Shown piece after piece: positions 41,390 to 55,254 of a stretch of DNA of 64,000 bases (within the stretch, counting starts at the first letter, position 1; every line of letters begins with the position of its first letter). Location of the stretch: assembly GCA_951406725.2 (NCBI GenBank), contig OX597818.1, positions 111,290,001-111,354,000 of the forward strand. The letters run 5' to 3'. The translations under genes were made by a program, and so were the position numbers. This DNA comes from Octopus vulgaris (taxonomy: Eukaryota). A model generated the notes under the pieces. That model made no database searches. It was not told the origin of the DNA and was given only the letters and a program-made list of their open reading frames with translations.

Positions 41390-41572
41390 GCTGAATCATT
41401 CGCACGCTGGGCAAAATGCTTAGTGACATTTCATTCCGAGTTCAAATTCCGCCGATGTCGACTTTGCTTTTCATCCTTTCGGCATCGATAAAATAAGTCC
41501 CAGTTAAGTACTGAGGTCCATGTAATCGACATAATTTCTCCCTCGAAATTGCTGGCCTTGTAGTAAAATTTT
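41390..41572 (+). mobile_element. SINE family A
   Basis: Shared family motifs. Confidence 0.75.
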
Positions 41573-42675
41573 AGATTACCGATGCGGCAGAGAAGGCCTC
41601 AAGATGGCTGTGGATCAAAAACCATGGGGTAGCTAGGTGGCCATCTGGAGACAAGCTAGGGTCCGATCAGCCCCAGCTGGGTCACCTGGAGGAGGGTGTA
41701 TGATGTTGAAAGACTAAAAATACCCGATGATACCAGGCACATCACTGAAGATGTGTCCAAATGTATCAGTCATTGATGTATGCACACAACTGCGTGATTA
41801 CAAACTCATTTCAGTTTCTATTCAATTTCACTTCATTCTTGTTTCAAAAGGTTCGTCAAACTGAAATTTCAAACCGAAGAACTATATAAAGATGAGGAAT
41901 GGGAAAAGTAATACGCATCGAACTCTTTGTATAAAGGCGTTTGGAATCAAAACAAAGTTAATTTCAGAGAGATGGATAAAGTATAATCTTTAATTCAGAA
42001 AGCAAGGGATTTGAACTCTTAACGCAGTAGCGGAAAACTAAACATTGGAAGCTGTTTAATCTGTCATTTTACAGCTTTACAAGAGTGCAGATCATCAAAA
42101 GCACAATCTGCTTAGAGATTGTTGGTTCGAATTTTCTCCTTGGCATTGAGCTCGACCTATGGTCAAGAACGTAACACTTATAAGGCCCAATCCTCTTAAT
42201 TATGACCAACTCGAATCTCTTACGTTTTCTTCCAACGTTTCGCCTTCATTAAATTCTACTATTAAAAAAAAAACAAACAAAACCATTCAATTTTTACAAT
42301 TCCCTTATATTCATTTTCTGCGATACTCTTTTTGTTGCCATGGCAGCAAAACAGTTTTGACTTCTGCTTGTGAGGTCACTGGAATAATTTCATTGGCTAA
42401 AATTATGTAATTTTAGATGCTTCTATCTTGTTTATTCCTAACTTTGGTGGTGGGGTGGGGGAATGATGCAATGTTCATCATCATGCAAAACTACAACTGT
42501 GTGGAGAATTTGAAAACAATCCCCTGAGAATTGCAAAATCTTCAAGTGGTTGCAAGAAAACGAAAAAATCCACCAGTTCAATACAAAAAAAAAAAATCAC
42601 TCTGAACGAGCACCTGTAGTGTGTACTGACTGCAATAGTGAGTACGTTGTAGTTACACATATAGGTATGTATGTA

Positions 42676-42904
42676 CAAGGTTGGCCAAAAGTCATCTGAC
42701 AGTAAATCAAAACCATTTAATTTCAAGATTTATTTATGTTCAACAACTGAATGGATTTAATAAAAGAATCTAAATATGTAACATCATGAACATTGGTCAA
42801 ACTGAAGTCATTCTGGAGCAACACATTTTCCCATTCGAGTCGATACAGAACTACAGATAGTATTTATGGAATTTTCATTTACTGTCGGGTGACTTTTGGC
42901 CAAC

Positions 42905-42908
<4 letters not shown>
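42676..42908. mobile_element. Tc1/mariner MITE
   Basis: TA|CAAGGTTGGCCAAAAGTCATCTGACAGTAAAT..ATTTACTGTCGGGTGACTTTTGGCCAACTCTG|TA. Confidence 0.85.
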
Positions 42909-42958
<50 letters not shown>

Positions 42959-43214
42959 ATATAATAATATAATAATATAAATAATATATAAATATATGCA
43001 TATATATGTATATATATGTATACATACATGCATATATGGGTACAGGAGATAAAAAAAAACGTTGAACACAATGAGAAACGAAAACAAAAGCAAATCATAG
43101 AAAACGAACTTTTTTTCGAACCACGACAAAAATAACAGAGAACCGGGACATGCAACATAAAGAATATTCCCCTTCATCAGTTGTCCCTGTTTCATCTACT
43201 CCACGTTACGAAGG

Positions 43215-43248
<34 letters not shown>

Positions 43249-44245
43249 GCATACTTTTTTCACATTACGTAAGCATATCAATCTTTCAAAGTGTGTAATT
43301 CACCGTTTCTTTCTGCACTTTTGCATAACGAAACGTTTCTTAAAAAAAAAGAAACATTTTTTTTTTTTAAATTAAGAATATTATTTTCCTGCATTTGTTA
43401 AAATCTTCTAGAACCATCCCAAACTTCGAAGGCGGATTTATAATTTCCGTCCAGCAATATAGGAAGCTCTTTTGTAAACCGACATTACGATTATGTTATC
43501 TTTTGAGGCAGAAGTCATTTCATCTTTGGAAAAGAGAAAAACAAAACGCACTTATGAAATCTCGCACTTCCTATGAACACTGCATATTTTCCCGACCCAC
43601 ACTTCTCTTAAATGGAGATTCTTTACACCGGTTTAGAAAAAGAATAAACAGCGGATATATACATAGTTACATAAATATATTCTCGTTTGAACCAGCTTAG
43701 TTACGTAGCGTCACAAATGCTCAAATGGCCAGGCATCTCTATTCTCCCTCCATTCTCTTCTTGGAATTTATACACAGGCGTCAAGGTCGCGCCTCAGATC
43801 CTGCATTCAATATTTTTCTCTTAGTTTCTCCTCCCCAGCACTGTGACTACTTCCAGTCCCCTCTGTCCACGGTTTTCTTGCTGTTATTTGACTCACAGCA
43901 AAGGTTGCAAACACACACACACACACACACACCTTCCTTACGTCATCTGATAAATACAGACGATCTTTGAACTGAATGACATATAGATTGTTCTTATGCG
44001 CCCACCCTCCCACCCACTTCTGTGCTATAAAGTTGACCTGACATAGAAAACGAATTCAACTAACGTTAAGTTTATGTCATAAGGATTCCATTTCGGCACT
44101 TTAAACCCAACAGACCATAAATCTTAGTGAGGCAGTCATTCAGTTACCAGCGAAATACAATTCAAAAATTGCATTCCACTAATCGAACGTTACAGCTTTG
44201 CCTTTTTAAAACAAAACACTTGATTGCGGCGTGTCAAACCCAGTA

Positions 44246-44331
<86 letters not shown>

Positions 44332-44421
44332 CATCTGCCTATCTGTGTGTGTGTCTGTCTATGTGTCTCGTTGTTAAACAGTGCTAACACAAAGACATTT
44401 ACGCACGCATAAGCACATATA

Positions 44422-44635
44422 CAGTAATCCCTCACCATATCACGGTTTACCTATCGCGGTTTATTATTTAAGCTCACGTCGATTCCTCTGTAGTGTTGTT
44501 TTGCATTTATAACAAATGATAAAAATGGCTAAAAATAATTAAAAAATACAGTACAGTACTGTTTCTACTTCGCAGATTTTCACCCATCGCGGCGGTTTTT
44601 GGAACGCAACACCCGCGACAGTCGAAGGATTACTG
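44422..44635. mobile_element. Tc1/mariner MITE (family of 28120)
   Basis: CAGTAATCCCTC..GAAGGATTACTG; interior matches 28120-28339. Confidence 0.8.
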
Positions 44636-45024
44636 TCCTTGTGTTCTTACACACTATCCGTTTATCGGTTTCATTCATGTAGCATTGGTTAGCTGAGGCT
44701 ATGGTAGAAGACAGCTAAGGTACAACGCCGTATGGTCGATCCCGAAACTACGTGGTTGCGAAGTGGACTTCTTTGCTCGCAGCCATACGTTCAGCGGAGA
44801 CAAATCAGACAGTCACCGGTCTCAGTCCAAGAGTTCCAAGACCATAGGGCGTCTGTTTAAAGCATTTAAAACAACGAACACTGGATTGTTTCATTTGCGT
44901 GGTCAGCGATGAGGATAGGGAATTGTGCGTCAGGTGACGAAATCGATTTGACACAGGTGTTAAAATAGCGAATGAGCTGATCTCTTACTCCTAGTTCGGA
45001 AACTATGTGTCAATTACTTCATGT

Positions 45025-45735
45025 CTTTTATTTGTTTTAGTCGTTTGACTTCGGCCATGCTGGAGCACCGCCTTTAGTCGAACGAATCGATCCCAGGACT
45101 TATTCTTTGTAAGCCTACTACTTATTATATCGGTATATTTTGCCGAACCGCTAAGTTACGGGGACGTTAACACACCAGCATCAGTTGTCAAGCGACATAC
45201 ACACACGCATATACATACACGACGGGCTTCTTTCAGTTTCCATCTACCAAATCGACTCATAAAGCCTTGGTCAGCTCGAGCATATAGTAGAAGTCACTTG
45301 GTCGAGGTGCCACGCAGTGGGACTGAACCCGGAACCATATAGTTGGGAAGCAAGCTTTTTACCACACAACCACACCTGCACCTATACTTCGTATTTTTTT
45401 TTTATCTTTTACTTGTCTCAGTCGTTTGACTGCAGCCATTCTGGAGCACCGTCTTGAAGAATATTTTACTCAAATGAAACTACTCTGGCACCTGTTTTTT
45501 TTTAAAGCTTGGTACTTATTTTATCGTCTTTTCTGCCGAACCGCTAAGTTACAGGGACGAAAACAATCCAACTCAAGCGACGGCGGGGGACAAAAAAAGA
45601 GACAATTGCTCTCTCTCTCACACACACAGACACACAGATACACATGATAGGCTTCTTTCAGTTTCCTTCTACTAAATCCATTCACAAGGCGTTGGTTGGC
45701 TCGAAGCTACGGTTAGAAGACACTTGGCCAAGATG
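45025..45735 (-). mobile_element. Two tandem SINE family B copies
   Basis: GTCGTTTGACT..GCCAT.CTGGAGCACCG at 45040 and 45421. Confidence 0.8.
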
Positions 45736-46739
45736 CAGACAAAATCCAAGTAAGACAGTCCAACACCCTCCCGTTGCATAACACATTTGTTTTCGAAAAT
45801 TGTAATATTTTACGAATAATACAATATTTCCTGCCCGGAAATGTAACGTTCGCAGCATAAACCGCAAAAGGGCCACCAGCTCTTCTATTTAACTGTGTCG
45901 TAAAATTCCGACGAAATGTTCATTTGCATGCTATGCTGACGTCAATACTTGCGAGGAAAGAAAAAAATCTCAGGATTTTAGACTGCAAAGGGAGTAATCC
46001 TTAAGACTGTTATTGTTTGATAACTCCAGGTTATCCCTGATCGAGCACATCTGTTATCAGAGACTTTCTATCTCCGATAAGCTTATACTGTTTTAATCAA
46101 TGGACTATATTATGTAATGCTTCCTTTCTTTGGGGGAGATTTGGTGCTGTTTCTTGCTGATTAAATGTCGGTGGATTCACCGTTGGTTTCGTAATCCTTA
46201 AAATCAAATACAAAAGGAGAATCCCTAACGTAGCACAATACAGGTTGGCAATACAGTTGTCAAGTAATTGTGATATTTCTCTTCGACTGCTAACAATAAT
46301 GTTGCAAGTAGAATTCTATATGAATAACAACCGTCTTCCTACAACCCACAATTTATATGCGAATATTGGAAAGAACAGTCCGAAGTGTAACTTGATAGTC
46401 TCGCAAGATTAATAATACCTAAAAGAAAAAAGAAAAAATACCTGACTTGGTGGGCAATTGTCAATTTCTCATTGTTTTCTACATTCTTTTAGTTCTGAAA
46501 TTCATTCCTTCAACTTTATTCGTTGCGATTGAGTCATAGTTTTCCGTCTTGTAGTCTCTGAAAGTACAAAGAAAGAAGAAAAATATTAAACGGAAATTAA
46601 ATATGGAGTATTGATGAGTTTGGATAAAACTTATATCTTTTTATGAGTCTGCAACTCACTATACCTAGACTGTTATATTTGCAGGGAGTGCACATTAATT
46701 AGTTTCTTAACCCACCCCCGCTGTTCAAAGAACACGGGG

Positions 46740-47515
46740 TTAAAAGGGCCTTCCATTTACCCTCGTCAAGCGCCGGGTCCTAAGCCTCCTCTCGACAGTT
46801 CACATTATTAGCGCCTTCTTCGTTCACTTATTTCACCCTCGGACGCCATTTTTTCCTGAGACACCGCAGAGATAACTTAAGACACCAGTGTAGACGACTG
46901 GATGGATCCATCATGATCATATACCCAAACCACTTTATCCTTCTGCTGGCCACCAACAGATTTAGCGTGTATGAGGGCCCTAATCTATTTAGTACTTCCA
47001 GCTTGGTGACACACTCTTTGTACGAAATGTGGTTTTCTTCCGCAAGAAACTTCATTAGAAAATGTTCAAGTGCCTCTCGAGTATTACTCAGGAGTTTTAA
47101 TTCCCAGTCATACAGAGATCTAGAGAAGTTGCTGCTTGAAAACGGATGGATTTTGATCTTCACACTGATATTGAGAGCTTTCCAGATCATAATTAATTTG
47201 AGAAAGGTAACAGTCCTACTGTTAACCTCTTTCTCAACACATCCATTACAACAAATGTTAATGTCAAGATATGTGAAGTCTCCCGGCTGTTCCTTTATGG
47301 ATGAAATTCTTAACTGACCTTTGCGTGCCTTCATCATTTCTTTGGTTCTTTCAATCTAAAAGCCAGATCTTTTACAGGCATCGTGTAAGCTGTTGCATCT
47401 TTCTTATATTACCGATTTATCTTCAGCAATCAAAGCCAAGATATCTGTGAAGTTCAAGTCCGTAATCTTGATGCCATCTGTTTCACGGGAGTTCATTGCG
47501 ATGATCCACTGATAT
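46740..47515 (-). mobile_element. Degenerate RTE-like LINE RT/3' fragment
   Basis: ITDLNFTDILALIAE, DFTYL, VKIKI, RRIKWFGYMIMM..WRPR; frameshifted. Confidence 0.65.
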
Positions 47516-47544
47516 CATAATATAAGTAATAATTTCGATGGCCA

Positions 47545-47605
47545 GATAACTGAAGAGATGGCGGCGTGGGTTTCCGCCCCGACATCCGAAACTCGGAGTT
47601 TTATC
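47545..47605 (+). ncRNA. Type I hammerhead motif in a solo pLTR end (47541-47710)
   Basis: GATAA-CTGAAGA-GATG..CATC-C-GAAA-CTCGGAG-TT-TTATC. Confidence 0.7.
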
Positions 47606-47707
47606 ATGACTACCGAATAATTGTCATATATTATATTTACAGATAAATTCCTATATTTACATAATATCGAGGTCTCTTTCATTCTTTTGTTGTCTTACCA
47701 TTTCTAT

Positions 47708-47802
<95 letters not shown>

Positions 47803-48279
47803 GTGTGTGTTTGTCCTTCTTACCACCTCAAAACCAGTGTTGGTGTATTTGTTTCCTCGTAACTTTGCGGTTCGGTAAAAGAGACCGATAGAATAAACAC
47901 CAGGTTTTAAAAATAATCTTAAACACTGGCTTCCTTAAAAATAACCTTAAGCACAGGCTTCATTCAGTTTCCGTCGACATTCACTGACTATTCAGTGACT
48001 CCTTTCTAATCTACGTCGGACCGGTGACTGTATGCAGGTCAAAGAGCCTAGCGGCTATGAATCAGACTGACTGAATTACTGATTCGAGACCTCGTCTGAC
48101 GCATTTTACATTCAACTAATTGAGATCGTTTTCCTGGTTCTATTTATAGAAGTAAAAGGCAACGGCCTGACAAAGCGTGTGTGAATGTGTCTTCGTATAT
48201 ATTCCCATGATATTAATGTATAACATACAGCATGGAATATTATATAAAACGTCTTTATTTTTCTAAGTTCAGTTAAACT

Positions 48280-48494
48280 GGTTTCAAATTTTTGGCACAG
48301 GGGCAGCAATTATAGGGGGTGGGGGTGTAAGTCGATAACACCGACCCCATTTTTTAACTGGTACTTGCTTTATCGACCTCGAAAAAAAAAAAAGAATGAA
48401 AGGCAAAGTCGATCTCGATCAGGATGTAAATAAAGACGAATAGCTGTTCAGCATTTTCTCTGGCGTTCTAACGATTCGGCCACTCTGCTGCCTT
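48280..48494 (-). mobile_element. Degenerate SINE family A
   Basis: Shared family motifs. Confidence 0.7.
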
Positions 48495-48598
48495 ATGCTG
48501 AGTCATAGTAAAAACAGATTTACATGAATCTGATCGGTTGCTCAAAAATTTTGTTGAGTACAGATCTATTATTCTTAAACAAGCATATTATTAATCGC

Positions 48599-48645
48599 GA
48601 CAATCTGACAATGGCTTAACTAGCCGAAACTTCGAGGTCACTGTC
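48599..48645 (+). ncRNA. Hammerhead-like motif (G8A)
   Basis: GACAAT-CTGACAA-T-GGCT-TAACT-AGCC-GAAA-CTTCGAGG-TC-ACTGTC. Confidence 0.55.
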
Positions 48646-48695
48646 AATAATATTCTATATATATACATTCATACATACATTCATACATACATACA

Positions 48696-48726
<31 letters not shown>

Positions 48727-48945
48727 GTATAATTCATACATAGATGTATATATATGTATATATATGTGTGTATATAAGTATATATATGTATATGTATGTA
48801 TGTGTATATATATATATATGTATAAATATATATATATATACATATATATATATACATACATACATATACATATATATACTTATATACATATATATATATA
48901 CATATATACATACATATATATACATATATATACATCTATGTATGC

Positions 48946-49010
<65 letters not shown>

Positions 49011-49121
49011 GTGAATATCCTTAAAAAACTTAGGGAATAATATTTATTCCAGGTTATCAGGACATTTACTATTTTACACTTTATTAATGCAATGTAAACA
49101 GTATCATTCATAATATTATTA

Positions 49122-49472
49122 CAAATTTGGGATTTTACCAACAGAACCGCAACTCCTATTTCAGGCAATATTATTGCCTGGAATACACATAGAAAGTTAT
49201 ATCCAATAAAATAATAAAATAATATATGTATTTTAACACCTACAATAAAGTACAATAAAAATAATTTAAAAAAATTATTAAAAAAAATATTTGGAAAAAT
49301 ATATATACCTTACGTGTTATTAGTGTTTGGGGAATTTCATTGTACTTTATTGTAGGTTTTAAAATGCTTATATCATTTTATTATTATATTGGATATAACT
49401 TTCTATGTGTATTCCAATAAATAAGGTTGTCCTGAAATAGGAGTTGCGGTTCTATTGGTAAAATCCAAAATT

Positions 49473-49473
<1 letters not shown>
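49122..49473. repeat. Inverted repeat, ~135-bp arms
   Basis: GGATTTTACCAACAGAACCGCAACTCCTATTTCAGG..GGAATACACATAGAAAGTTATATCCAATA mirrored at 49335-49473. Confidence 0.9.
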
Positions 49474-49518
<45 letters not shown>

Positions 49519-49659
49519 TATTCTGCTCAATACCACAGATTTGCTTGTCAGTTGTTTGACCTTAACCAGTTGAGCTTGTCCTTTAGTGGCTGACGATATG
49601 TGCATCTCTGATCACGAGCAGAAGTAGTGGGGGAGCATCATAGCCATGTATTGAGAGGA

Positions 49660-49885
49660 ATATATGTTTGTGTGTCTGTGCTTGACCCTCACCCTAACCA
49701 TCGCTTGACAACCGATGCTGGTGTGTTTATGTCCACGCCACACCGTGAGTTTATGTCCTCGTAAAAATCGACCGATATAATAAGTAGTAAGCTTACAAAG
49801 AATAAGTCCTGAGGTGGATTCATTCAACTAAAGGCGGCGCTCTAGCATGGCCGCAGTCAAATGACTGAGACAAGTAAAAGAATAA
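49660..49885 (+). mobile_element. SINE family B 3' half
   Basis: GCTTGACAACCGATGCTGGTGTGTTTA..GCATGGCCGCAGTCAAATGACTGA. Confidence 0.8.
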
Positions 49886-50299
49886 TAGAATAAAATAATA
49901 TATACCAAAACAAAGAGGGGTTAATAAAAAGATATTATTCCAGGCGAAAGTCTTCTTCAGCTCTCTACAGATAAAAGTGCAACAGGCGAACAAAGAGGCC
50001 TCGTGTACTGTAGTCCCGATAACCCGAAGTCGAAAGCCAAAGTTCACCATTAGTCAACTTTGAAATCCATCATCGCATCACCCAGTTAATATGTTAAGTT
50101 TTTACAGGATGATACATAAAACAAACAGAAATAATGGATTATGTAAATTTATTTGCTTACCGTTTTTTTTTCAGGTAAGCATCTGGTTGCGTTCATAGTT
50201 CAATTTTATTAGTCGATCGATTGATCAACTGAGAATATTCAACGGCCCTCACAGTGAAATCCTCTCCAGAGTTCGCCATTATTTCTGTCTAATGGATAT

Positions 50300-50474
50300 T
50301 GTTTTACATGTTTCGGTCATTTGACTGCGGCCATGCTGGAGCACTGCCTTTAGTTGAACAAATTGACCACAGGGCTTATTTGTAAGCCTAGTACTTATTC
50401 TATCGGTCTCTTTTTACGGGGACGTAAACACAACAACATCGGTTGTGAAGCAGTTGTGTGTCTGTATGGGGGAA

Positions 50475-50525
<51 letters not shown>

Positions 50526-50692
50526 TCATATATACGACAGGGCTTCTTTCACTTTCCGTCTACCAAATCCACTCACAAGGCTTTGGTCGGCCTGAGGCTA
50601 TAGTAGAAGACACTTGCTCAAGGTGCTACGACGTGGGACGGAACCCGTAACTATGTGGTTAGTAAGCGATCTTTTTACCACACAGCCACTCT
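50300..50692 (-). mobile_element. SINE family B
   Basis: Shared family motifs. Confidence 0.8.
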
Positions 50693-50963
50693 ACTGTTTA
50701 TGAAATCAGCGTGTGATTTCAACGGAAATCTTATAAATGACAAGGTGAATTGAGTTTAACCCTAGGCGCGGTGAGAGCCACCGATGTGCATTAAGGGAAA
50801 TGTGAAATCATCGATGATCTGGCGATGGTCGCTACTGTTGGGGTTTACTTCCTTTGTCAGTCAGTAAGATAGGGCATTCTGTGGTTATTCAGTTATTTTG
50901 ACTCTTATTTCTAGCGATGTTGGTGCTGATTAGTGCCCTTTGCCACTTTAGTGACATGTATAT

Positions 50964-51126
50964 CGGCGCGGGAGTGGCTGTGTGGTAAGTAGCTTGCTTC
51001 CCAACCACATGGTTCCGGGTTCAGTCCCACTGCGTGGCACCTTGGCCAAGTGTCTTCTACTATAGCCTCGGGACGACCAAAGCCTTGTGAAGAAATTTGG
51101 TAGACGGAAACTGAAAGAAGCCCGTC

Positions 51127-51186
<60 letters not shown>

Positions 51187-51258
51187 ATGTGTGTGTGTGT
51201 GTCTGTGTCTGTGTTTGTCCTAACATCGCTTGACAACTGATGTTGGTGTGTTTGCGTC
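50964..51258 (+). mobile_element. SINE family B 5' part
   Basis: GGCGCGGGAGTGGCTGTGTGGTAAGTAG..GGGTTCAGTCCC. Confidence 0.85.
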
Positions 51259-51599
51259 ATATGGTTATGAGCGACCCCACGACGAAATCTAGGCTAACTG
51301 CATCAAAGTCTTTGATTCAGCCTCTGAATCAGTCTGTTGGCATTCCAAGTTAGAGCATAATATCTTTGATAGTTTGCCATAAAAATTGATCTAAAATAAG
51401 GGTATGTTTGCCTTGGCGGTCATTTTGAATATATAATTAGGTCATGAATAGATAATGTGCACATTTGAATATTATGTTTTTTGGTAGAACTAACATTGTT
51501 CTTGATGTATGCCATATTTGGTTTGCTTGGATTTTATTCCCACTCAGTGAGAGCATCTTCAATTTAGGTGTGTTCTACGCCTGGGGTGTTAGTCTTGCC

Positions 51600-51909
<310 letters not shown>

Positions 51910-52293
51910 ACAAACGTACGTGTATTGATATATATGGTTACAGGCAAACATGCTCAAAAGTTCCCTCGTACTTACAAACGAATTCACAAATGATTGAAAT
52001 GTAAATTACATATCGATGAATGTAAGTTTACATAATGGAGAATAGGTTGAATAAAATATTGTTTGTCGCTTGATGTTATTCCTTCAGTGGAAACAGCTGC
52101 AGGGAAAGAAAGTCAGAAGCGAGCAGAGAGAGAGAAAGAAAGAGTGAAAGAATGATGCAGAGAGACAGAGAGAGAAGGAGGGAGAGAGATTGAGGGTGTG
52201 TGTATATCTGTGTGTATGTTTACAATAAAGGCTAGGAGACAGTAGGGAAGCAGTATATATTTATTATATGCATGTATTTGTCTTGTTACTTAC

Positions 52294-52477
52294 GTGTCAT
52301 ATTAAATTCACAGTTAGCCAGTCGCAAACTGACCGGCAGCAGGACAAAGAATACAGCTGTTTGAATGTTGATCGTTATGATGAGATGAATGGTTTTCAGC
52401 ATTAAAACAAGACCAACCATTGCGAGGAAGCGCGGTGTGTGGCAAATTAGGATGATACTGAATGAAGAGGAATGCAT
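52294..52477 (-). other. Candidate exon with a hydrophobic signal-peptide-like frame
   Basis: MVGLVLMLKTIHLIITINIQTAVFFVLLPVSLRLANCEFNMT ends at C|GTAAGT. Confidence 0.3.
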
Positions 52478-52696
52478 GATGGATATATCAAAGTCAAGTC
52501 AATCATGGCAGGATATAAATCCAGAAAGCGGCATATGGGCTCGGGTTTAGCCCTGATGCGTAGTGCCTTCGGCTATTGCCTGGGGCCGGCCCAAACCTTG
52601 TGAGTAGATTTGAGAGACAAAGACTGAAAGTAGGGTGCCGTGTGTGTGTGTATGTGCGTGTATAAAAATATATATAAATATATATATTTAATATAT

Positions 52697-52743
<47 letters not shown>

Positions 52744-53466
52744 TTTTTTCTCAAGCATTGATACGACTCTTAATCTTTCTTTCTCTCTCTCTCTCCTCCC
52801 TTATTCCCCCTCCTTTCTTTCCCTCTCCATCCGTTCCCCCCCCTTCTACGTTTCTCTATCTCTCTCACCTCCAGCCCCCTCGATCTGTCTCTTTCTTCTC
52901 CTCCCTCGTCCACCTTCTCTCTCTTTTCATCTGTCCCTTTCTCTTGTCTTTTGTTCTCACGTGACCGCTAGACGCTGTTGAACGCTCTTTTCGTTCCAGC
53001 AGCCGCTGAAGCAACACGTACTTGTTCGTCTCCCTGTGGCCATTAGGCACAACTTCACAAGCCAGCCCCATGCTCAATTCGTCCTGTCGAAAGACCCTTG
53101 TCCTACGTCCTGGTTTTGTTTTGTTGTTTATTTTTTATACTTTATTTTTACCGTTATTGTTTTTACGTTTTTGTATTCTTATTGTTGTCACGTATTCTGT
53201 ATTTTTGTTCGTGTACTTCGTTCGTTTTCCGTCCTCGTGTTGTATACATTCGAAGCTTTCTTCCAGGGGATCTAATGCACTTGGCTTAGATTTCCCGTGG
53301 CGGGCTGCCCATATCGGAGCAATCTCAAGATTAATCAGCCGAAATTGCTAAGATGATCTGGTTCTTGACTGATGACTGAGGGCTTCGAATGTCCCGTCCT
53401 GTGGTTCTTGTGTCGTCTCTGTGGCGTTTCATGTTCTTGTCTATGTCTGTAATTATTTTTACTGTT

Positions 53467-53507
<41 letters not shown>

Positions 53508-53616
53508 TAATATATATACATACATATATATATATAATATATATATATATATACTTTGATACTTTGATAGGTTTCGGCCATTATTGGCCCAGGCCATGTC
53601 TAACTTAATAGCACCA

Positions 53617-53675
<59 letters not shown>

Positions 53676-54071
53676 AATTTATTCATTTATCGTTTTTATG
53701 TGTATGTATAGAGATATATATATTGGTGTGTGAGTTAGTGTATGATTTAGATATGGTTATATATATTTAGTTATATGTGTATGAGCATGTGTGTATATAT
53801 AGTTTATTTTTATTTTGTTTTTGTTTTTTGTTTTTTGTTTTTTTTTGTTTTTTGTTTTTTGTTTTTTGTTTTTTGTACATCTTTAAATATGAGAACTTTA
53901 ATAATAGGTTTCTTTATATTCAATTGTTTATAGGGTTTATTTTAGATTATATATTGATTATATATAGATTATATATAGATTATATATAGATTATATATAT
54001 TTATATTTTTCATTGATAATTTTATTATTTTAAACTTATATTTTAATATATTGATATTTTAGATCGAAAAT

Positions 54072-54114
54072 CCACCTGACGAATGTCATTGAAGACATGA
54101 AACGATTGTAGTGG
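54072..54114 (+). ncRNA. Minimal type I hammerhead, canonical core, in a (TA)n-flanked solo pLTR (~53672-54205)
   Basis: CCAC-CTGACGA-ATGTC-ATTGAA-GACAT-GAAA-CGATTG-TA-GTGG. Confidence 0.8.
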
Positions 54115-54199
54115 CGGTTTATTTCTTTATATTAAAAATTTTTATGTATTGATTAAGTCTTTCCTTGTTTGTTTTGCAAAATAGTGGTTTTGTCTCGAA

Positions 54200-54239
<40 letters not shown>

Positions 54240-54547
54240 TTCATATATATATATGTATATATATATTTATATATATATATAATATATATTCATATATATA
54301 TATATGTATATATATATTTATATATATATATAATATATATTCATATATATATATGTATATATATATTTATATATATATATAATATATATTCATATACATA
54401 TATGTATATATATATTTATATATTTGTATATATATATTTATATATATGTTTATATATATATATGTATATATATTATATATATATATATATGTATGTATAT
54501 ATATATATATGTATATATGTATATGTATGTTAATATATAATGTATTA

Positions 54548-54604
<57 letters not shown>

Positions 54605-54837
54605 CACACACATATATATATTTATATATACATGCATGTGTGTTTTTCAGTGTTTACAAATAACACGGAAAAAATGAATAAATAGTTACCAGGGTGGCAA
54701 AAATTCACACAAGTACCAAGGATGTAACAGCCCACTTACAAAAGTAGAAACTCCAGGTTTAGGTGAAATGCTTTATATAATATAGATAAAGATCAATGCT
54801 TTTGATCGGTGTTAATATATGTTCCTGTATTATTTTT

Positions 54838-54985
54838 ATAATATGCAGCGTAGCAAGCTTGAACTGCTGTCGAATAAATCGGTGGCCCGATAGCTTATCT
54901 ATTCGATTGAAATGGCCGAATGGATAAGCTATTGCGCTACCGATTTATACGACTGGAGCTCAAGCCTGCTATGCTGCATGTTATT
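54838..54985. repeat. Imperfect palindrome, ~70-bp arms
   Basis: ATGCAGCGTAGCAAGCTTGA..ATAGCTTATCTATTCG / CGAATGGATAAGCTAT..TCAAGCCTGCTATGCTGCAT. Confidence 0.85.
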
Positions 54986-55023
54986 ATTTTTATATAAGTT
55001 TCTCTCAATTTTATAAACAACTT

Positions 55024-55186
55024 AGGCGCAGGAGTGGCTGTGTGGTAAGTAGCTTGCTAACCAACCACATGCTTCCAGGTTCAGTCCCACTGCGTGGCAT
55101 CTTGGGCAAGTGTCTTCTGCTATAGCCCCGGGCCGACCAATGCCTTGTGAGTGAATTTGGTAGACGGAAACTGAAAGAAGCCTGTC

Positions 55187-55254
<68 letters not shown>

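Noticed and set aside
53568-53600. GGCC-AATAAT-GGCC-GAAA on the minus strand
   Set aside because: 5' half of the core is missing
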